Below, in pieces: positions 57,256-64,000 of a DNA stretch of 64,000 bases. A model generated the notes under the pieces. It was not told the DNA's origin. It worked only from the letters and a program-made list of their open reading frames with translations, and did no database searches. How positions within the stretch are numbered: position 1 is the stretch's first letter; each line of letters begins with the position of its first letter. This stretch comes from Alkalispirochaeta sp. GTDB taxonomy: Bacteria; Spirochaetota; Spirochaetia; DSM-27196; Alkalispirochaetaceae. Location of the stretch: contig OZ271854.1 in NCBI GenBank assembly GCA_965601925.1, forward strand, positions 1,312,001 to 1,376,000, in the 5' to 3' direction. The translations under genes and the position numbers were made by a program.

Positions 57256-57304
57256 AGGCTGTGAGAGTATCCCGCGCGCCCCGGACGGTACAACGAGTAA
57301 TGAC

Positions 57305-58825
57305 TCATGATTGGCCGCCGGTCCGCCTCCGGCTCGTCGCCCATATGCGACGGACGACGGCGACGATCGTGGGACCGACGAGAATCGATACGGAGATCAG
57401 GATAAACGCAAGGCTGATGGGCCGCGTTACAAACGTAGACCATTGTCCGCGCGAGAGCATGAGGGATCGTCGCAGATTACTCTCGAACATCGGTCCGAGA
57501 ATGAGTCCCAAAATTACCGGCGCGACCGGATATCCCAGCTTGCGCAGGGCGAATCCGATGACGCCGCTGACGACGAGGACGCCGATATCGAACATCGAGT
57601 TGTTGATGGCATACGAGCCGATTAGACAGAACAACAGGATCGCCGGTATGAGGAAGCGCTTGGGAGTCGTTATGAGGCGCGAAAAATACCGCGCCCCGAT
57701 AAGTCCCAGCGCAGTCATGAAGACGACCGACAAGAGCAGGCTGATAAATATCGAGGAGACGAAGGGCATCTGTTGCTGAAACAATACGGGACCGGGCCTG
57801 AGCCCCTGAATGATGAGTCCGCCCATGAGCACAGCCGTCATCGGATCGCCGGGTATGCCGAGCGTCATCATCGGTATGAGTGCGCCGCCGGTGCTCGCGT
57901 TGTTGGCCGCCTCGGGAGCGGCGATACCGTCGGAGATGCCCGTCCCCAACAGCTCTCCGCGTTTCGAAAATCGCTTCTCCTGGCCGTACGCCACCAACGA
58001 GGCGATCGAACCGCCCGCGGCGGGTACCGCTCCGATGGCGACGCCGATGATCGAAGAGCGAACGATCGTCGGAGTCAGGCGCACAATCTCCCTGAAGGAG
58101 GGCAGTACGTTCTTCAGCTTTTGCGTAATCACGTTGACGTGCTGTCGCTCTGAGATCTGCACCAACATCTCCGACAGGCCGTATACACCGATCATGACCG
58201 GAATCTCGGATACGCCGTCGAACAACTCGGGACGCGAGAAGACGAAACGCGGATAGCTTCCGATCGGATCGAGCCCGACGGTACCGATTATCAGGCCCAG
58301 GGTGCCGGCGATCAGTCCCTTGACGGTCGACCCGGGGGAGATGATGGCGATAATACTCAGCCCGATGAGGGTGATGCCGACGTACTCCTCGGCGCTGAAC
58401 TGTAGGGCGATACCGGCGATGAGCGGCGCGGCGATCACGAGGATGAACACGCTGAACAGACCGCCCAGCCCGGAAGAGACGGTGGAAATCCCGATCGCCT
58501 CTCCCGCGCGGCCTTGGCGACACATCGGATAGCCGTCAAACCCGGTCGCGATCGCCGAAGGCGTACCGGGAATATTGATGAGAATCGCCGAGATCGAGCC
58601 GCCGTAGACGGCCCCCGAGTAGAGACCGAGCAAAAACGCAAAGGACTGTACCGCCGGCACGCCGAAGGTGAACGGGATGAATACCGCGATCGTCATCGTC
58701 GCGGTGAGGCCGGGAAGAGCCCCGAATACGATGCCGATCAACACGCCGAACAGCGAGTACACGAACATCATGGGATCTGCAAAATAGCTCAGCCCGGCGA
58801 TATAGAGATCGAACGACAACTCCAC
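57305..58825 (-). CDS. tctA: Tripartite tricarboxylate transporter large permease
   Basis: GALPGL, INIPGTP, APEAANNA, TLGIPG motifs. Confidence 0.93.
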   Translation of the reverse strand: MELSFDLYIAGLSYFADPMMFVYSLFGVLIGIVFGALPGLTATMTIAVFIPFTFGVPAVQSFAFLLGLYSGAVYGGSISAILINIPGTPSAIATGFDGYPMCRQGRAGEAIGISTVSSGLGGLFSVFILVIAAPLIAGIALQFSAEEYVGITLIGLSIIAIISPGSTVKGLIAGTLGLIIGTVGLDPIGSYPRFVFSRPELFDGVSEIPVMIGVYGLSEMLVQISERQHVNVITQKLKNVLPSFREIVRLTPTIVRSSIIGVAIGAVPAAGGSIASLVAYGQEKRFSKRGELLGTGISDGIAAPEAANNASTGGALIPMMTLGIPGDPMTAVLMGGLIIQGLRPGPVLFQQQMPFVSSIFISLLLSVVFMTALGLIGARYFSRLITTPKRFLIPAILLFCLIGSYAINNSMFDIGVLVVSGVIGFALRKLGYPVAPVILGLILGPMFESNLRRSLMLSRGQWSTFVTRPISLAFILISVSILVGPTIVAVVRRIWATSRRRTGGQS

Positions 58826-58840
58826 AGTACCCTCTGCTTT

Positions 58841-59341
58841 CTATCGAAAGATGATCCCCGCAGGAAAGGGAATACGGAGAACGAGTCGGAACACGACGTA
58901 CGTTACGATAGTGATGGCGAATGTGACGACCGCTATCAGGACCAGCCGCCGACCGCGACGCGCCTCGGCGGACAATGCGTAGATGAGAGATCCGACAAAG
59001 AGAAATCCCGACGGTGCAAAACCGATAAGGCGAATGAGAAACGGATAGAGGACCAACAGTCCGAGGGTGACGCAAAACAGGAAGAACGCGTGTCGGTCCT
59101 TCCACACCCGCGCGCCGGTATCGCGTACTTCACCGTTCGCGGCGGTCACCGACAGAGCCCCGGCCATTTGAGCGGCCGAAAAGACGCCGAGCATCAGAGC
59201 CAGGAGTTTCGGATAAAACCCCGGACTGATCGCCGCCGCCTGATCGGGGCGCGTCGGAAAACGATGTGCATGAATGTAGAGCGCCGACGCGCCCAACGCC
59301 AAGAGCGCTCCGGAGACGAGATCCTTCTTATTGATCTTCAC
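58841..59341 (-). CDS. tctB: Tripartite tricarboxylate transporter small subunit
   Basis: Four TM segments, PGFYP, C-terminal IPFPAG; lies between tctC and tctA. Confidence 0.85.
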   Translation of the reverse strand: MKINKKDLVSGALLALGASALYIHAHRFPTRPDQAAAISPGFYPKLLALMLGVFSAAQMAGALSVTAANGEVRDTGARVWKDRHAFFLFCVTLGLLVLYPFLIRLIGFAPSGFLFVGSLIYALSAEARRGRRLVLIAVVTFAITIVTYVVFRLVLRIPFPAGIIFR

Positions 59342-59393
59342 GCGATCCCCTCCATGGGCCGCTGGGCTTGAGCACTCAAACGCCGAGTAGCGC

Positions 59394-59427
59394 AAAAAGC
59401 GCCCCGGGCCGATGACCCGGGGCGTTT
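59394..59427 (-). terminator. Stem-loop/intrinsic terminator after tctC
   Basis: CGCCCCGGG-N7-CCCGGGGCG followed by CTTTTT on the minus strand. Confidence 0.6.
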
Positions 59428-59461
59428 CCGCATTGCGATTGCGGCCTTATCCAAGAACCGA

Positions 59462-60439
59462 TCAATCGTCGACAAACTCAATACCGAGATCGTTGACCAG
59501 GTACTCGAGCTGCTCTTCGGCGTCGCGCACGATCGCCGCAAAAGCCTCTCGGTCGGCAAATACGGGCTGAAAGCCGGCACCGAGGAGAAATTCGTTGATC
59601 TCCGGATCGATAACGGCAGCCTCGATCGCATCTTCGAGAACGGCGATGTACTCCTCGGGCGTGCCCGCAGGAGCGACGAATCCCGAGTAGTTGCCCATAA
59701 CCGCATCGATACCCAACTCTCGTAGCGTCGGGACGTCGGGATAGTTGGGGTGTCGTTCGGCGGCGGCGATCGCCAACATGCGCAACTCGCCCGTATCGAC
59801 GTACTGCGCCACATCGGGAAGTGGGATGTTGGTCATATCTACGTTGCCGGCCAAGAGTGCCGTAACCGCCTCGGCATATCCGGGGTAGGGAATGTGGTTC
59901 ATCTCGACGTCCGCCCGTGCCCCGAAGGTGAGGGCGTAGATGTGCGCGCTCGCGCCGTTACCCGAGTTCGAGTTGGTGAGCTCCCCGGGGTTGGCCCGAG
60001 CGTACTCCACAAGCTCTTCCAGAGTCGTCCACGGACTGTCGGCGTTGACCGTCACCGTCGCCGGAATGGAGATCACCTGAGCGATGAGTTCGACGTTGTT
60101 GATGTCCGGCGCCACCGGTGCCACATACCGAGCCGAGACGGTCGACATTGAAGTGGTACCGATGATGTATCCGTCGCCGTCGGAGTTCTCGATCTCGAGG
60201 GAGCCGACTACCCCGCCGCCGCCGGGTCTGTTCTCAACGACAAAGGGCACACCGAAGTTCTCTTCCAAATGCTCCGCGATCGGGCGCGTAAGTACGTCCG
60301 TCATCCCGCCTACGGACCACGGAATGATCACCCGCACGGTGCGATTCGGATATTGATCTCCCTCTTCCGCCTCTCCGGCAGCAAAGACGGCGGAACCAAC
60401 ACACACAACCATGATAAAAGCAACCAGTCTCTTTCTCAT
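59462..60439 (-). CDS. tctC: Tripartite tricarboxylate transporter substrate-binding protein (Bug/TctC)
   Basis: YPNRTVRVIIPWSVGG, VVENRPGGGG, PDVPTLRELG. Confidence 0.93.
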   Translation of the reverse strand: MRKRLVAFIMVVCVGSAVFAAGEAEEGDQYPNRTVRVIIPWSVGGMTDVLTRPIAEHLEENFGVPFVVENRPGGGGVVGSLEIENSDGDGYIIGTTSMSTVSARYVAPVAPDINNVELIAQVISIPATVTVNADSPWTTLEELVEYARANPGELTNSNSGNGASAHIYALTFGARADVEMNHIPYPGYAEAVTALLAGNVDMTNIPLPDVAQYVDTGELRMLAIAAAERHPNYPDVPTLRELGIDAVMGNYSGFVAPAGTPEEYIAVLEDAIEAAVIDPEINEFLLGAGFQPVFADREAFAAIVRDAEEQLEYLVNDLGIEFVDD

Positions 60440-60510
60440 GCGCCCTCCTTTTTGCATGCAATTTCTGATGGAAATTGTCACTCTCTTTGTCCGAGCTGTC
60501 AACGAATTTT

Positions 60511-61545
60511 TTACATTTCGTAAGCTTTTGACGGTATGAGCGTCTCCCCCGGTATCAGATCGCCCGGTATGAGCGTCTGCAAGGGTTCATTATCGCGTTC
60601 GATAATGTGTCGGCGAAGCCACCCCCCGGCCACCGATCCCAACCGATAGGGTGAGAGCGAAACGGTATCTACCTTTTGGGGTGTCAGACACCGCACGGGA
60701 GAGTCGTCGTACCCGGCAAGGCTCAACTGCTCCGGTATGGATATGCCGGCAACGAGCGCGACCTGATACAGATAGACCGCAACGAAATCGTTAAAGCAAA
60801 ACACGGTATTGCACCGCTCCATCGTGCTCCGTAGAAGATCGACGGTAATCTCCTCTATCGTGTCGGTCCGGAGGATGCGTACATCGTCCGGCGCGATTCC
60901 GGCCCGATCACAGGCGTGACGGAACGCCTCCTCCCGCTCGTCCGCGATGGGCTGCGCGGGGTTGAAGTTAACGTAGGCGGGGCGCAACCGATCGCCGCGA
61001 TACTTCGTAACGCGTTCGAGCAAGAGTCGCATACCGGAGCGGTGGTCGGTGGCGACATAGTTCGATCGCTCGTCCGTTCGATTGAGGAGCACCCACGGAA
61101 TACCGCGCTCCTCCAACAGGGCGCGTACATCGTCGGTGGGCCTGGTGAATCCGAAGACGCATGCATCGATATTGCCGCTTTTTTTCGAACTGAACAGCTC
61201 GGGCTTCGGCCGGTTGACGCTGACGACGATGTGGACGCGCACACTCCCAAACCCGTCGGTGAGCCCGGCCAGAAGGTCGGCCGGATCGTAGAAGAGGCGA
61301 TGATATACGTGAGACGAACGGGGCAGAAAGAGCGCAACGACTAAGATGGAGCGCGGTGCGTGCCGCCGGATCGTCCGCTTCTCGTATCCCAACTCTGCGG
61401 CGGCCGCCTCAATCCGCATCCGGGTTGCATCTCTGACGAGTTGAGAGCCGTTGAGGACGCGCGAGACGGTGCTGGGAGAGAGGTTTAGGTGGTGTGCAAT
61501 ATCCGAAACGGTGGGCTTGCGCATACGATTATTCTGAAACTGCAC
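60511..61545 (-). CDS. LacI-family regulator
   Basis: PTVSDIAHHLNLSPSTVSRVLN HTH; CFND and GYDD motifs. Confidence 0.92.
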   Translation of the reverse strand: MQFQNNRMRKPTVSDIAHHLNLSPSTVSRVLNGSQLVRDATRMRIEAAAAELGYEKRTIRRHAPRSILVVALFLPRSSHVYHRLFYDPADLLAGLTDGFGSVRVHIVVSVNRPKPELFSSKKSGNIDACVFGFTRPTDDVRALLEERGIPWVLLNRTDERSNYVATDHRSGMRLLLERVTKYRGDRLRPAYVNFNPAQPIADEREEAFRHACDRAGIAPDDVRILRTDTIEEITVDLLRSTMERCNTVFCFNDFVAVYLYQVALVAGISIPEQLSLAGYDDSPVRCLTPQKVDTVSLSPYRLGSVAGGWLRRHIIERDNEPLQTLIPGDLIPGETLIPSKAYEM

Positions 61546-61654
61546 CGACTTCTCTCAATCGTCAAGATATATTTGCATGCAAATCACAGAATAACCCGCT
61601 GTTCATGCCGATCGATCGCTATTCCATCGGTGAGGAATGTGATAGACCAGCAAT

Positions 61655-62911
61655 ATGGATATCCAGGCTTCGAACCACGCCGAGACGAGACGATTTGCCG
61701 CACTTCAAATGCTTTTTTGGGCGTCCATCGCGTGCTTCGAGGCCTTTGTCGTTCCGTGGCTCACCGAGCGGGGGTATGGTCCCGCGCAGTCGGGTCTCGT
61801 CATGGCGGTGGCATTCGGATTCGCGACGGTGGGCCAACCGCTTCTCGGGTCGATCACCGATCGCCTGAAGGCGCCGGGACGATTGGTTGCAACGATTCTA
61901 TTCATCGGCTCGGTAGCCATAGCGACGTTTCCTCTCGCCGCACAGCGGTTCGGGCTGCTGTTGATCCTTTCGCTCGTATTCTCTCTGAGCACGATCTCCC
62001 TTCCGGCGGTGCTCGATGCGTGGATCATGGCTCGGCGCGTGCACAACGGCCGCGTGAACTACGGCGTGGCTCGGGCCGCCGGCTCCTTCGGCTTTGCGGT
62101 GGGAGGAATCCTCATCGGTGTTCTCGCGAATCGATTCGGACTGGGAATCGTCTTTCCATCGTCTCTGTTTTTAGCGGTCGGTGCGGCACTGATGTCGCTC
62201 TCTATATCCCGCACCACCGCGGACCGAGCGAGGCCGCGCGAATCGTCGGCTCATCGAGACTCGGAGTCGCGCCCCCTCGCCGCCGACAAGAACACGGCGA
62301 GCGCCTCGAAACATCTGGCGGAGGCGATACGAGCGGCTCTATCCAATAGAGCCTATCTCACACTCCTCGTGTCGTCCTTTTTGGCGATTACCGGTCTGCG
62401 CGCGGCCCTGACCTTTCTGCCGCTTCTCATCGGGTCGTTGGGCGGATCGGTGGCGACGGTCGGGACGGCTCACTCCATAGCCGCGCTTTCGGAAGTACCG
62501 TTTTTTGTAGGTGCCGCCTACCTCCATCGGCACATGCGCGGACATCGGCTCGTCTCGGTCATACTGGCGGTAATGGCGTTGCGCATCTTTCTCTATACAC
62601 TTGTCGGCTCCTACCACGCCGTGTTGCTGCTGCAGTTGAGCCACGGCGCGACGTTCGGTCTATTTCTGGCGACGTCCGTCGACTACGTGCACGAGATCGC
62701 GCCGGAGCGGCACCGCGGCTTCTTTCAAACTCTGGGCCCCTCAATCTATTTCGGTCTGGGCAGTATCGTCGGGAGTTGGATGGGCGGCCTCGTCATCGAG
62801 GCGCTGTCGGTGATATGGCTCTACCGCATTGCGGCGCTCGTCACCATTGCCGGTGCGCTTCTCCCTACCGTCCTCGCCAATGTGCGCGTTGCAACGCGAG
62901 GGAAGAGATAG
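61655..62911 (+). CDS. MFS transporter
   Basis: About 12 TM segments; GSITDRL, NYGVARAAGSFGF, SEVPF. Confidence 0.88.
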   Translation: MDIQASNHAETRRFAALQMLFWASIACFEAFVVPWLTERGYGPAQSGLVMAVAFGFATVGQPLLGSITDRLKAPGRLVATILFIGSVAIATFPLAAQRFGLLLILSLVFSLSTISLPAVLDAWIMARRVHNGRVNYGVARAAGSFGFAVGGILIGVLANRFGLGIVFPSSLFLAVGAALMSLSISRTTADRARPRESSAHRDSESRPLAADKNTASASKHLAEAIRAALSNRAYLTLLVSSFLAITGLRAALTFLPLLIGSLGGSVATVGTAHSIAALSEVPFFVGAAYLHRHMRGHRLVSVILAVMALRIFLYTLVGSYHAVLLLQLSHGATFGLFLATSVDYVHEIAPERHRGFFQTLGPSIYFGLGSIVGSWMGGLVIEALSVIWLYRIAALVTIAGALLPTVLANVRVATRGKR

Positions 62912-62919
62912 ATCGCGCG

Positions 62920-64000
62920 TTACTCGATGAGTAATATCTGGATATCGCAGACGTTGGTATTCGTGGGGCCGGTGATATAAAGCCCTCCGCACGATTCGAA
63001 GAAGGTGTATGCGTCGTTACGATCCAACGCATCACTAATACGCGCCGCGCTGTCGTCGCCCGCTAAGAGAGTAGTCGCGGCGAAGGCGCCCGCGGCATCG
63101 GTGGGGCCGTCGTTACCGTCGGTCCCGACCGATACGAAGGAGACTCCGTCGTATGAGTCCGGTGCGGCCGCCATCTCATCGAGTACGGCAAGGGCCATCT
63201 CTTGATTTCTGCCGCCCTTACCGTCACCCCGGAGCGTTACCGTCGTCTCCCCGCCGGTAAGGATACAGGCCGGAGCCGCAACGGGGCCCGCACCGCGTTT
63301 GATATCTCTTGAGAGGGCGGTAAAGAGGTGCGCCATCTCGCGCGCCTCACCGGTCAACTGCGAGGTGAGCTCGAGAGTATTGTACCCCAAATCCTCGGCA
63401 CGCCGCCGCGCCGCACCCAAGGCGAGGGCGTTTGAGCCGATGACGACGGCGTCGACGCGATCAAAGATGGGATCGTGCGGCTTGGGCGTCTCCGGAACCT
63501 CACCGCGCACGCCCGCCTCGATGAGTGACCGTACCGGCGCCGACAACGACGCGAGTATTCCATATCGACGACAGATATCCGCGGTATCGCCGAACGAACT
63601 CGGATCGGGAGCGGCGAGCCCCGAGGCGATGCTCGATAGATCGTCCCCGACGACATCGGAGAGGGCGAGGGCGACGAGGCGCCCCGGATGTACCATACGA
63701 CAGAATCGCCCGCCGGATATGCCGGAAAGGTGCTTACGTACCGTATTGATCTCCTGAATGGGCGCACCGGCTCCCAAAAGCAGACTCGTTGTCCCTTGGA
63801 TATCCTCGAGACCGAGAGGAGTCGGCCCGTCCTGGGACGGAAGGGTAAGGAGCGCCGAGCCTCCGCCGGAAATCAGGGCGATGCAGAGCGTGTCCTCGCC
63901 GGCCTCCTCGGCGTAGCGCGCGATCCGCTTCGCCGCCTCGACGCTCCGCTCGTCGGGCACCGGATGTCCCGCCTCGATGAGATCGATATACTCGAGCTCG
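62920..64000 (-). CDS. Glycerate kinase type 2 (MOFRL family), 5' end outside the window
   Basis: AGHPVPD, LISGGGSAL, SDVVGDD, GGETTV, GGRNQE, GTDGNDG, TGPTNTNV. Confidence 0.93.
   Translation of the reverse strand, partial: ELEYIDLIEAGHPVPDERSVEAAKRIARYAEEAGEDTLCIALISGGGSALLTLPSQDGPTPLGLEDIQGTTSLLLGAGAPIQEINTVRKHLSGISGGRFCRMVHPGRLVALALSDVVGDDLSSIASGLAAPDPSSFGDTADICRRYGILASLSAPVRSLIEAGVRGEVPETPKPHDPIFDRVDAVVIGSNALALGAARRRAEDLGYNTLELTSQLTGEAREMAHLFTALSRDIKRGAGPVAAPACILTGGETTVTLRGDGKGGRNQEMALAVLDEMAAAPDSYDGVSFVSVGTDGNDGPTDAAGAFAATTLLAGDDSAARISDALDRNDAYTFFESCGGLYITGPTNTNVCDIQILLIE

Overview
GC-rich bacterial window, probably a spirochaete (inferred from 'FAGGQDE'/'FAAGEAEE' solute-binding-protein N-termini and many lipoproteins). 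The flanks (1-11.2 kb, 51-64 kb) are ordinary sugar and sugar-acid uptake and catabolism genes. The centre (12-51 kb) looks like a polymorphic toxin system. A ~3110-aa signal-peptide-bearing, coiled-coil-like protein ends in an HExxH domain plus an M23 peptidase-like tip and is followed by a secreted candidate immunity gene. Downstream lie five 5'-truncated cassettes with near-identical homology arms, alternative tips (two more M23-like, one papain/C39-like) and their own exported candidate immunity genes. One cassette is IS3-disrupted and one is a stub. Every cassette is preceded, at a fixed 8-nt spacing, by a conserved non-coding hairpin element with compensatory substitutions. A TPR-lipoprotein/TolC/MFP/2x Ig-like/2x RND operon is transcribed divergently from the giant gene and is a candidate dedicated export or assembly apparatus. 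All family calls come from reading motifs by eye; no database searches were run.
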